Shown here: in pieces, positions 1 through 9,700 of the stretch
Position numbering within the stretch: position 1 is the stretch's first letter
Layout of the letters: every line of letters begins with the position of its first letter
NCBI GenBank assembly: GCA_963727905.1
Contig: CAVSIC010000039.1
Location: 263,663 to 327,662, forward strand
DNA length: 64,000 nucleotides
Direction: 5' to 3'
Origin: an uncultured Microthrixaceae bacterium
GTDB lineage: Bacteria > Actinomycetota > Acidimicrobiia > Acidimicrobiales > VFJN01
Notes under the pieces: model-generated
Databases searched by the model: none
Seen by the model: the letters and a program-made list of their open reading frames with translations, nothing else
Told to the model about the DNA's origin: nothing
Translations under genes and position numbers: made by a program

Positions 1-1674
1 CGTGTCGATGAAGGCCCCGCACGCGGCGGGCAGGCGAGACACGGCGCCGGCGACCCAGAGGAGGTGGATGCCGTGGTCCGGGCCGCGCTCGGCCAGCTCG
101 ACGAGCCGGCTGCGCTCGATGGGTGCGTCGTCCTCGACGATGACGATCACTGCCGGCACGGCACCGGCATCGGCGCCCTCGATGCCGGACCTCGTCGCTG
201 CTGCGGCGCGGTGCTCGAGCAGGTCCTCGAGATCGTTGACCAGGCGGAGCAGCGGCGCGGGCGAGGACGCCACGGTGTCTCCGGGCAGCGGGTTGTGGTC
301 GGACGTGACGTGGGGCAGCCACTTGAGCCACTCCCACTCGGCGGTCGTGGACCCGGACAGGGCCGCGCCCACCACCACCTCGCTCGAGCTGTGGAAGGCC
401 GCGAGCTCGACGACGATCGACCGCGCCATGTCCAGGGCCCGGTCGCGAGGACCCGCGACACCGATCGCCCGATGCTCGCGGAACCCGGCGACGGCCGGCA
501 CGGGCTCGACGAACGCGTGCGCATCGCGGACCGCGATCAGCTCGTCCCAGAGGTAGGGCAACGCCTTTCCACGGGACGGCAGCTTGATGGTGCTGCGCGA
601 GGGGAGCCGAGCGGTGCCGAGCCGCACCTCGAGGAACGCGCGCCGGTCGGGTCGCCGGTGCCACAGCAGGTTGTTGCGCTGGCTCACCGCCGACACCGCC
701 TCGGAGACCGCCGGGTACTCGGCGCGCCGGGACGCCACCTCGGCCGCGTTCGCCTCGGACAGCTCCGCGCCGATGGCTCCCAGCGCCTCGCGGAACAACG
801 CGATGGCCTCCTCGAGCGCCTTCTTGCCCAGCACCCGCTGCTCCAGGATGCTCCCGATCATCAGCACCGGGCTCATCGCCAGGAAGAGCACCGAGAAGAG
901 GCTCTTCGTGACGAGGTACATCACCCCACCCATCAGGATGGGGGCCACCACCGCCGCGATGGAGAAGCGAGCCTTGTCCGGCGGTGTCGGGACGTCCGGC
1001 CCCTCCAGCTCTTGACCCTCGTAGACGATGTCGAGGCGGGGCGAGCGGTTGAACTCGACGGTGGGCGCAGTCGCGGCGCCGACGACCCCACCACGACGAA
1101 CGACCCGCACGAGCGACTCGCCCAGCAGGACCGGGTCATCGGGACCGAGGATGGCGCGTGCGACGGGCTCGTCCCCGACGAGGACACCGTTGGACGAACC
1201 CAGGTCGACGATCTCGACGACGTCGGTGACGACGATGCGAGCGTGGCGGGTCGACACCATCGCGTCGTTGAGACGGACCGTGCTCTCGGCGTGCCGGCCG
1301 ATGTAGGAGACACCGGCGGGAAGCGGGAACTCCTTGCCCTTGTCCGGCCCCTCGACCACCACCAGCATCGCCGGGCCGTCAGCAACGTCGAGGTCGTGAC
1401 CCACCGGACGGCGCTTCACCACGCTCACCGTCTGGCCCGATCGGAGCCCGGCGTCGGCGACCGTGGCGTCATGCCGGATGGGCTGCTGCTTCGTGCCGTC
1501 CTGGAGCGCGAGCGTCACCCCCTCGGTCGGGATCTTCAGCGGCGCCAGCGGGTCGCGCTCGCCGATCGCCGCGGCCAGCTCGCCGACGGTGACCGTGGTG
1601 TCGACCGTGACCAGGAGATCCACGGCGGGATGCGGCTGCCCGGGCGGACGGACGAGGGTGAGCTTCAGCCTCAC
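1..1674 (-). CDS. FtsK/SpoIIIE (EccC/EssC-like) membrane ATPase, N-terminal part: ubiquitin-like (YukD/EsaB-like) domain + FHA + TM hairpin; runs off window
   Basis: Not in the ORF track (no stop in window). Manual translation from GTG at 1674 (GTGA overlap with upstream stop): VRLKLTLVRPPG..DATVADAGLRSGQTVSV; FHA IGRH..VSTRHARI..DLGSSNG; FNRSPR; two TM helices; LWHRRP..FLEVRLG; WEWLKWLPH. These are typical EccC/EssC N-terminal motifs. Confidence 0.85.
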   Translation of the reverse strand, partial: MRLKLTLVRPPGQPHPAVDLLVTVDTTVTVGELAAAIGERDPLAPLKIPTEGVTLALQDGTKQQPIRHDATVADAGLRSGQTVSVVKRRPVGHDLDVADGPAMLVVVEGPDKGKEFPLPAGVSYIGRHAESTVRLNDAMVSTRHARIVVTDVVEIVDLGSSNGVLVGDEPVARAILGPDDPVLLGESLVRVVRRGGVVGAATAPTVEFNRSPRLDIVYEGQELEGPDVPTPPDKARFSIAAVVAPILMGGVMYLVTKSLFSVLFLAMSPVLMIGSILEQRVLGKKALEEAIALFREALGAIGAELSEANAAEVASRRAEYPAVSEAVSAVSQRNNLLWHRRPDRRAFLEVRLGTARLPSRSTIKLPSRGKALPYLWDELIAVRDAHAFVEPVPAVAGFREHRAIGVAGPRDRALDMARSIVVELAAFHSSSEVVVGAALSGSTTAEWEWLKWLPHVTSDHNPLPGDTVASSPAPLLRLVNDLEDLLEHRAAAATRSGIEGADAGAVPAVIVIVEDDAPIERSRLVELAERGPDHGIHLLWVAGAVSRLPAACGAFIDT

Positions 1675-4049
1675 GGCGCGGACCTCGGTCGCAGTCGGAT
1701 CTGGGGAAGTCGCGTGACGAAGCCACGGGCACCGGCGAACGAGTCGGCCGGGATCCATCCGCCGATGAGCGACGTCGGGTTGCCGTGGAACCGCACCTTG
1801 CCGAGGAGGCTGCGGCCCGCCACCTGCTCCTTGCGATAGCCGTCGACCTGGGCCCACACCTGGTCCGCGTCGGCATCGCTCGGGTCGCCCGGGCCGAAGA
1901 TGCGCAGGTCCACCGTCGCCGCGAGCGCGGTGAGGGAGGGGTCGCCGATCAGCTGGGCCGCCTCGGCCCGGGTGAGGTCACCCGGTACAGGTCGGCCGGC
2001 GTCCCGGGCGGCGTCGAGGGCCTCGACGAAGCCAGCGGAGATCCGTCGGGCCGGCTGGCCCCGGTGCCGTCGTCGACGGCGGCGCTGGCCCTTGGCGAGC
2101 GCGAGCAGGGCCATCGGAGAAGCCACGGTCACAGCCGCCAGGCCCACCACCTTCGCCAGCATCACCAGCCAACGGATGAGGAACCCGGTCGAGCTCTCCT
2201 CGTCCGGCTCGCCCTTGTCGGTACGGGGGTTGTCGAGGTTGACGATCCGAGGCGGGGGCGTGGTGACCGCCGTCTTCGCCTCCTCGGTCTGGACCTCGTT
2301 GATCAGCACGGGCTGGGGCTCGTCCTGGGTCGTGTTGTCCCGATCGGGCGTCGGGAAGTACGGGACCCACCCGATGCCCTCGAAGTTGATCTCGACCCAG
2401 GCCTCAGCCTCGTCGCCGGTCACCACCCCTGCACCGTCGCTGAGGTGCTTCGGCTCGAACCCGACGACGACGCGCGCCGGCATGCCGAGCATCCGCGCCG
2501 CTACCGCCATCATCGCGGCGTACTGCTCGGCGTTGCCCACCGTCTTGTCCTGGACGCGGGTCTCCAGGAAGTTCCGCAGGTGGGCGAGCGAGTGACCCGG
2601 AGCGATCTTGAAGAGCCCGTCTGGGTCGTAGTACCAGTTGGCTTGGAACAGCTCCTCCAAGGCGAGCGCCCGCTCGGCGCCGTCGGTGCCCACCGCCTCG
2701 ATCTGCGTTCGGATGTCCTGGACCAGCGGATCGGGGAGCGTGTTCGGGCCGAGGCCACCCGGGTCGCCGCCGCGGAACTCCCCCGTGGTCGGCCGCGCAT
2801 CCAGGCTCCGCACGGTGGTCGAGTCGATCACACCCGTGAGCTCGACCCCGTCGCCCGCGACGAGCCCCAATGGGGTGGCGACGATGTCCGTCGCCCGGTT
2901 GAACCGGTAGGACTTCTGGAGCTCCTCGGCACGCGGCCCGGTGAAGCGCACGGAGGTCGCCGCCCCCACGGTGGGCACCCACACGCCCGTCGGGAGCGAA
3001 CCGGCGTCCTGGTCGGCCACGATCCTCACCTGCACGCGCTCACCCTCGGTGGGCGCATCGGGGATGACGGGGCCGACGTGCCGGAACACGCCAGCGGACC
3101 CCAAGGAGCGAGCATCCACCGGCGGGGCGACCGACCAGACGATCCCGTCGAAGTAGTCCATGACGGCGACACGGATCAGGCCCTTCTCCGGCAGCCCCGA
3201 CACCTCGAACAGGGGCCGATCCTTCACCGGCTCGATCAGGAACTTGCGATAGCCGACCAGGGGACTGGCGTAGTCACGCGCGTCGAACGGTGGGATGACG
3301 TCGTCCCGGAGGATCACGCGATCCGAGGAGCTGGGGGGCGCGCCCGGGAGGTGCGGGGCGACGTTCGTCGACAGTACGAGCACGGCCCCGAGCATCGCCA
3401 CCGCCGCCATCGGACGTCCCGCTCCGGTGCCACCGACGATCTGCGTCTGGCGCAGCTCGACCCGAGCGCTCACCCACGCGATCCCGACGGCAGCGAACAC
3501 GCCCCCCTGGAGCAGGAGGTTGGCGGGGGTCTTGATGCCCAGGAGCACGCTCGCGACGAGCACCACCATCGGCGGGAGCACGCACCACGGCACCGCGCTC
3601 CGCCGCCGGGCCAGGAGCATCGACAGGAACGCTCCGGCGAACGCGCACAGGTACGGCACGACGAGGACGTTGCCCTCGGTTCCCGCCGGCGCCGAGCTGG
3701 TGAGGAGGCGGGCCCACCCGTTCGCGGCGCCGTCCGCCAGGTCCGAGAAGGTGCTCGGTCCGGGGAGGATGCCGAGGAGCGCGGAGTCCGGCGTCGCGAT
3801 CCCACCCAGCACCACGAGGGTGACGATCGCGATCGCGGCCGCGACCACTGCGGGGAAGCGGTAGCGAATGACCGCCGCGGCTGCGCCGATGCCGATCGCG
3901 GCCGCGACGACACCGACCACGAGGAACTGCCAGCCACCGAACGATGTTCGGAAGCCGTACGCGCCAAGACCGACCAGCGCGACGGTGAATCCGGCGTCGG
4001 CGAGACCACGCCGGTCGAACGGGTTGGGGGCTTCGATCGCTGCCGCCAT
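1671..4049 (-). CDS. Membrane-bound transglutaminase-like (TgpA/DUF3488-type) protein, catalytic triad degenerate
   Basis: Multi-TM N-terminus; GNAEQYAAMMAVAARMLGMPARVVVGF...AEAWVEINFEGIGWVPYFPTP matches the transglutaminase-core pattern; lies next to DUF58 and MoxR. Confidence 0.88.
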   Translation of the reverse strand: MAAAIEAPNPFDRRGLADAGFTVALVGLGAYGFRTSFGGWQFLVVGVVAAAIGIGAAAAVIRYRFPAVVAAAIAIVTLVVLGGIATPDSALLGILPGPSTFSDLADGAANGWARLLTSSAPAGTEGNVLVVPYLCAFAGAFLSMLLARRRSAVPWCVLPPMVVLVASVLLGIKTPANLLLQGGVFAAVGIAWVSARVELRQTQIVGGTGAGRPMAAVAMLGAVLVLSTNVAPHLPGAPPSSSDRVILRDDVIPPFDARDYASPLVGYRKFLIEPVKDRPLFEVSGLPEKGLIRVAVMDYFDGIVWSVAPPVDARSLGSAGVFRHVGPVIPDAPTEGERVQVRIVADQDAGSLPTGVWVPTVGAATSVRFTGPRAEELQKSYRFNRATDIVATPLGLVAGDGVELTGVIDSTTVRSLDARPTTGEFRGGDPGGLGPNTLPDPLVQDIRTQIEAVGTDGAERALALEELFQANWYYDPDGLFKIAPGHSLAHLRNFLETRVQDKTVGNAEQYAAMMAVAARMLGMPARVVVGFEPKHLSDGAGVVTGDEAEAWVEINFEGIGWVPYFPTPDRDNTTQDEPQPVLINEVQTEEAKTAVTTPPPRIVNLDNPRTDKGEPDEESSTGFLIRWLVMLAKVVGLAAVTVASPMALLALAKGQRRRRRRHRGQPARRISAGFVEALDAARDAGRPVPGDLTRAEAAQLIGDPSLTALAATVDLRIFGPGDPSDADADQVWAQVDGYRKEQVAGRSLLGKVRFHGNPTSLIGGWIPADSFAGARGFVTRLPQIRLRPRSAP

Positions 4050-5350
4050 CAGCCGACCGCCACCGCCCCGAGCCGTGCCGCAAGGTCACGCGGCTCACGA
4101 ATGGTCAGGAGCTGCAGGTCGCGCACCGTCCGGACCTCCGGCTCGGCGACCGGGTCGATCCGCACCACCAGGACGCGGAGGTGCGACGGGAGCCACGACG
4201 AGGCCGAGCGGAGGTCAGCGATGCCGGCCCGGCTCCCAGTGACCAACACCGCGATGCTCGCCGCGGCCAGCGGGTGACGAGCGCGGCGGGCGACGGTCTC
4301 GATGCCGTCGCCGTCGGCCTCCAGCTCGACCGCGCTCAGGGCATCGAGCAGCTGCGTGCGGCCACGGCCCGCCACTGCGGTCGCGCCGTGGATCGAAGTG
4401 ACCTGCTGGCCGAGCTGGAGGGAGCTGACCCCGAGCGACCCGATCGTGGAGACGGCGACCTCGAACTCGTCCTCGTTCGCGTAGTCCGCCGCCCGTGTCG
4501 ACAGGATCAGCCCGAGATGGGCCCGCCGGGTGTCGACGTACTGGCGGACCATGAGCTTCCCGGTGCGCGCGGATGTGCGCCAGTGGATGCTGCGACGGTC
4601 GTCCCCCGGTACGTACTCGCGCAAGGTGTGAAAGGCGATGTCAGCGGGCGACAGGTCGTTCGTCGTCATGCCCTCGAGGTCCCGCATCCACCCCGCCGCG
4701 GCCCCGGGCAGCAGGTCGATCTTCGGGTGGACGATGAGGTCCATCGCGTCGCACCACACGACCTCCCGCCGCGCCAGGCCGAGCGGGTCGCCGCGCACCG
4801 AGCTCACGGGGCCCACGGGGATCACGGCTCGACGGTTGGTCGGGATGACGAACGGCTCGACGAACTCCGCGCCGTGGCCCAGGGTCGGCGGCGACAGCCG
4901 GGCCAGGCCGTCCCTTCCCACCGGCACCTCGAGCACGACGCCGAGCACCTGGCGGGCGCCCGTGTTGCGCACCCGCAGGCGCGCGATCGCCGGCTCTCCG
5001 ACGGTGACGCGCTGGGGATCGAGCTCGAGCTCCACCTCGAGCGCTGAGCGACCGAGGGTGAACAGCAGCGCGGCCACCACCATCAGCAGGCAGGCCGTCG
5101 CGAAGGTGACGAGCTCCTGCCATCCGAACTTCGACCCCACCATCCACCCCAAGACACCGAGGCCGAGCACCGCCCAGCCCGGCTCCGCGATCCGCTCGGT
5201 CACGGGACGGCTCCGCTCCCGCGCCGCCGCGCCGAACCGCGCGAGCACCGTCGTCACCTGCTGCCGGCGCCACACCGAGGTGACGGTGCGCCGGACGCTG
5301 CTGACGCGCGTGCCGAGGCGGCCGCGACGGGTGGGAACTGAGGCGCTCAC
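4049..5350 (-). CDS. DUF58 domain protein
   Basis: RGDPLGL, FHTLREYVPGDDRRSIHWRTSARTGKLMVRQY motif; GTG start at 5350 overlaps the MoxR stop. Confidence 0.9.
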   Translation of the reverse strand: MSASVPTRRGRLGTRVSSVRRTVTSVWRRQQVTTVLARFGAAARERSRPVTERIAEPGWAVLGLGVLGWMVGSKFGWQELVTFATACLLMVVAALLFTLGRSALEVELELDPQRVTVGEPAIARLRVRNTGARQVLGVVLEVPVGRDGLARLSPPTLGHGAEFVEPFVIPTNRRAVIPVGPVSSVRGDPLGLARREVVWCDAMDLIVHPKIDLLPGAAAGWMRDLEGMTTNDLSPADIAFHTLREYVPGDDRRSIHWRTSARTGKLMVRQYVDTRRAHLGLILSTRAADYANEDEFEVAVSTIGSLGVSSLQLGQQVTSIHGATAVAGRGRTQLLDALSAVELEADGDGIETVARRARHPLAAASIAVLVTGSRAGIADLRSASSWLPSHLRVLVVRIDPVAEPEVRTVRDLQLLTIREPRDLAARLGAVAVG

Positions 5351-6315
5351 GTGCCGGCGCGCTCCACCGGGGCCGGGACATCGGCGACCACGCGGGCGAG
5401 CACCTGGCTCGGGTTCAGGCCGTTGAACTCCGCGTCCGGCGTGAGGATCAGGCGGTGGCCGAACACGGGCCCGACGAGCGCCTTGACGTCGTCCGGCGCC
5501 ACGAACGTCCGGCCGGTCGATGCCGCCCACGTCTTGGCCGCCCGCACCAGTGCGAGGGCGCCGCGGACGCTCACGCCCAGCATCACGCCGTCAGCGCGAC
5601 GGGTCTCCTCCGCGAGCAGGCTCACGTAGGCGAGGACGGCGGGGTCGCAGTGCACTGTCGAGGCGAGGCCGGCCATCTCCGTCACGGTGCTGGCCGGGAC
5701 CAGCGGCTTGACCATGACCGAGCGGTCACGGGTGCCGGACTCCGCGAGCAGGCGGACCGTCGTGTTGTGGTCCGGGTAGCCGAGGCTGGTCCGCATCAGG
5801 AACCGGTCGAGCTGGGCCTCGGGGAGGCGGTACGTCCCGGCCTGCTCGATCGGGTTCTGGGTGGCGAGCACCATGAAGGGCGGCCCGACCTTGTGCGGGA
5901 TGCCGTCGACGGTGATCTGGCCCTCCTCCATCACCTCGAGCAGCGCCGACTGCGTCTTGGGGGAGGCCCGGTTGATCTCGTCCGCCAACACGATCGTGGC
6001 GAAGATCGGCCCGGGCTTGAAGTCGAAGTCCCCGGTCTGCTGGTTGTAGATCGACACCCCGATGACGTCGGTGGGCAGCAGGTCCGGCGTGAACTGGATG
6101 CGGCTCGAGGAGCCCTGCACCGTGTTCGAGATCGCCTTCGCCAACGACGTCTTGCCGGTGCCCGGAGCATCCTCCAGCAGCAGGTGACCCTCGGACAGCA
6201 GGCACGTGAGCGCGAGCCGCACCACCGCGGTCTTGCCCACCACCGCCTGTTCGACGTTGGCCACGAGGCTGTTGAAGGTCTGGGAGAACCAGCCCGCCTG
6301 TTCTGAAGTGATCAT
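5347..6315 (-). CDS. moxR: MoxR-family AAA+ ATPase
   Basis: GHLLLEDAPGTGKT, RIQFTPDLLPTD, LADEINRASPKTQSALLE, ATQNPIEQAGTYRLPEAQLDRF. Confidence 0.95.
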   Translation of the reverse strand: MITSEQAGWFSQTFNSLVANVEQAVVGKTAVVRLALTCLLSEGHLLLEDAPGTGKTSLAKAISNTVQGSSSRIQFTPDLLPTDVIGVSIYNQQTGDFDFKPGPIFATIVLADEINRASPKTQSALLEVMEEGQITVDGIPHKVGPPFMVLATQNPIEQAGTYRLPEAQLDRFLMRTSLGYPDHNTTVRLLAESGTRDRSVMVKPLVPASTVTEMAGLASTVHCDPAVLAYVSLLAEETRRADGVMLGVSVRGALALVRAAKTWAASTGRTFVAPDDVKALVGPVFGHRLILTPDAEFNGLNPSQVLARVVADVPAPVERAGT

Positions 6316-6367
6316 CGATCGCTCTCGTTCCTGAGGGTTGCTGACATTTCGATCCGGCGTGCGCCGG

Positions 6368-6790
6368 TCACCACTCGAGGTGGTTCGACTCGATACCGCC
6401 GACGACGGCCCACACGTGCGAACCGGGGAAACCGAAGGCGTACGCGGTGACGTTCTCGCCGTCCCGGACCTCGACCACCCCGGTGAGGCCCTGGCCCCAG
6501 TCCGTCGTGGTCTCGCCGCACTCGTCGCAGTGCAGTTGCGCCGAGTGCGGGCCCCTTCCGAACCCGCTCAGCTCCACAACGATCGCCCCACACTCGGTGG
6601 AGGTGCACCCTGCGGGGTTCAGTTGGCTACCTCGCGACACTGCGACCGAGCGCTCCGCAGCCGCGGGGCCTGTCGACGAGGTCGCCGAGGATCCTCGATC
6701 CTCAGATCCAGAGTCCTCACTGCACGCCGCACCAAGAACCAGGATCGCAGCGAGACCGACCGCCACGACCCGACGAGTCATCGCCGCCAT
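6368..6790 (-). CDS. Lipoprotein carrying a paralogue of the adhesin C-terminal 4-Cys tip domain
   Basis: Signal peptide with lipobox-like LGAAC; mature domain aligns by eye to the last ~90 aa of the upstream adhesin (NPxGC..C..GF..CxxCG..WG..VWAVVxGxESNH). Confidence 0.75.
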   Translation of the reverse strand: MAAMTRRVVAVGLAAILVLGAACSEDSGSEDRGSSATSSTGPAAAERSVAVSRGSQLNPAGCTSTECGAIVVELSGFGRGPHSAQLHCDECGETTTDWGQGLTGVVEVRDGENVTAYAFGFPGSHVWAVVGGIESNHLEW

Positions 6791-6792
6791 CG

Positions 6793-9700
6793 TCACCAGC
6801 CTCCTTGGTGGTTGGACTCGACGCCGTTGACCACTGCCCAAACCTCTCCACCTTCGCCGTAGGCGTAGCTGGTCGCATTGGCGCCGTCGTGCACCGTGAT
6901 GGCTCCTGTGAAGCTCCCGCCCCAGGTCCGGTTGTTGCTGCCGCAGGTCGAGCAGTACAAGACCGCTGAGTAGTTCCCAGCAGGGAACCCTTCGAGCGTG
7001 ACATTGATCCGCTCGCAGCCGCTGTTGCAGCCCTGCGGGTTGTAGGCCTCACCGATCGACACGATGACCCTTGGCGGCGTCGCTCCCGTGGTCCCCGAGC
7101 CAGAGCCCGGATTCGCACTCTGGCTTCCTGGCGCGTTCACCGCCCAGACGTACAAGCTGTGGGCCTGGCTCGCGCCGAAGCTCTGCGAGTACGACGTCTG
7201 ACCGGCACCGACCGAGAAGGTGCCGCCGCCGTCGACCCGAAGGGTGTAGCCGGTGATGGCTCGGCCGTTCGCGTTCGGTGCGGTCCAACTCCAGGTGAGG
7301 GTGTAGTCCCCCTGCGGACGCTGTCCGGGAGAGGACACGCTCGGCGTACCGGGCGGACCGTAGGGCGTCGCTGAGGGCGAGGTGCTTGCCGTGCCGCACT
7401 TCTGAGAGGTCGGGTTGTTGTTGCAAGCGGCGACGCTGAACGTGTACGCCGTGCCGTTGTTCAGGCCGGTCACGACCAGCGTGACCGTGCCCGAAGCGGC
7501 GCCGTTCATGGTCCGAGCGGACAGGCCGCTGGGCGTCACCCGGTAGCTGCTGATGGCATTGCCGTTCGGATCCGGTGCCGTGAACGTGAGCGTGACCTGG
7601 GTGTTCTGCTCCTGGGTGGTGATGGCGCCGACCTGCATCGGTGGGCCGGACGCGATGACCGCGGCCGACTTCGCCGTCGGGAGTGAGCGCCCGCGAGCGT
7701 TCTGGGCCACGACCTCGAACGTGTAGCCGGTGCCGTTGTCGAGGTTCTGCACCGTCGTGCTGTGGACGTCCGGGCCGAAGCTCTGCTCGCCGCCGTCCTT
7801 GGATCCGCCCTTGTACCGCTGCAGGTGGTACTGGGTCACGGGCGAGCCGTTGCTGTCGGCGGTCGGCCACTGCACATCGATCTGCTTGTCACCCGCAGTA
7901 GCGGACGGAGGCGTTCCGCCGAACAGTGGGACCCCATAGGGGCGCATCGACTGGGACGTCACCGCATCGGAGTCGCCGGCCTCGTTGTGGGCCGTCATCC
8001 GGACCTGGTAGTCGGTCCCGTTGGTCAGGCCGGTGAACGTGGCCTGGTGCGTGCCACCGGTCGGCGCCTGGGTGGCCTGGCCCCCGTGGGCCGGGATCAG
8101 CGTGAGGTCGTAGCGCTGGATCGCAGTGCCCTCGGAGGTGGTGGCGTCGGTCCAGGTGACGATCAGCTCCTTGTCGTTGATCGTCGGGGCCCCGAACGAC
8201 GGGGGATCCGGGATCTTGTCGGGGCGCAGGTCGGCACTCGCGGCGCTCCAGTCGCCCTCGATCTCATCGCCGCCGAACAGCGCCACCGCCCGCACCTCGA
8301 AGTGGTACGTGGTGCCGTTCTTGAGGTTGACGATCGTGCACGTGGCGCTGTCGCAGCGCTGGGAGACGCCGTTGGCCTGATCGCGCACCTCGTACCGGCT
8401 GATCGGCGCTCCGCGAGGCGTCGGGGCGGACCACCGCAGGTCGACCTGCTTGCTCCCGGCCTCCCCGGTGGGCGTCCCGGGCTTGTCGGGCTTGCCGACG
8501 ATGTTCACCGTGACGTTGCCCGTCACCTGGTGCGACTCCTCACCGGAGTCGTCGGTCACCCGGTAGGTGAACTGCGTGGTGCCGGAGAAGTTGCCCTCTT
8601 GATCGTCCGGGGGCGTGAAGACCAGCTTCTCCCCAGACGGGGACACCTGACCCTCGCCGCTCCGCGGTTGCTCGAAGTCGAGCAGCTTCAGGCCGTCGCC
8701 GACGTCGTTCCCGAGGATGTCCAGCTCCTTCCGGCCAGTCTTGCGGAGCACGTCGAAGGTGTCGTTGGTGACGGTGGGGGGCGGCGTCGATGTCGGTTGC
8801 AGCACCACGCGCACCTGGGCCTCCGCGGACAGCGGCGGTTCGCCGTTGTCCGTGACCTTGATCGTGAGCGGGGTGACCTGGCCCTTCGTCACCGAGTAGG
8901 CGTCCTTCTCGGCGTGGACCTTCAGGCGCGAGCCCTGCAGGTCGGGCTGCACCTTCTCGTGACCGCCCCCGAGGAGCTCGAACCGGAACTCGTCGCCTGC
9001 GTCGGCATCCGTGACGCTCCGGGCGAGATCGTCGATGGTCGCGTCGCCGCCCGCGGGCACGGTGACCTCGAGGCCGCTCAACGACGGCGGATGGTTCTCC
9101 TTGCGTTCGATCGTGATCGTGACCGCGCCCTCGGCCGTCTTCGACGGATCGTCCTTGAGGTGGACCTTGTAGCTGAAGCCGTCGACCGTGGCGTCGCCGT
9201 CCTTCGGCGCCGTGTAGAGGGCCTTGCCCCCGTCGTTCTCGACCGTGCCGGCCGTGGGGAGCTTCGTGAAGCTGTCGAGCTCGACGGCGCCCTTCGGCAG
9301 GTCGTTGGCCACCACGTCGATCGGGATGACCTGGCCGGGCTCCACGGTGAGGGCGTCGGGGGTGGTGCGGAGGGCCTCACGGGACGCGAGCGGCACCACC
9401 ACGAACGCCGACGCGCGGTTCTCGTCCTTGTCCACCAGTGTGTACCGGAGCTGTACCGGGGCCTCGGGCATCTCGAAGACGAGCCGCATGGTGCGGGCGC
9501 TCCACGTCGCCTTCACCGGCGAGGTCGGATCGACGACGACGTGGAGCGCCCCGACGAGCCCGTCGGGATCGGCGTCGTTGTCGAGGATCGGAACGCTGAG
9601 CTGGTCACCTGGCTCGGCCGGTGCCTGCAGGTCGTCGACCGCCACCGGCGGCGCGCCGGCCGTCCCGGGAGGCACGATGTCGACCACCAGGGTCGACTCG

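Noticed and set aside
64-4277. Long plus-strand ORFs (64..1839, 1785..4277) and similar ones at 7762..11061, 25222..29427, 29530..34083 and 45606..48107
   Set aside because: Antisense shadows of real minus-strand genes, expected in high-GC DNA; no recognisable motifs.
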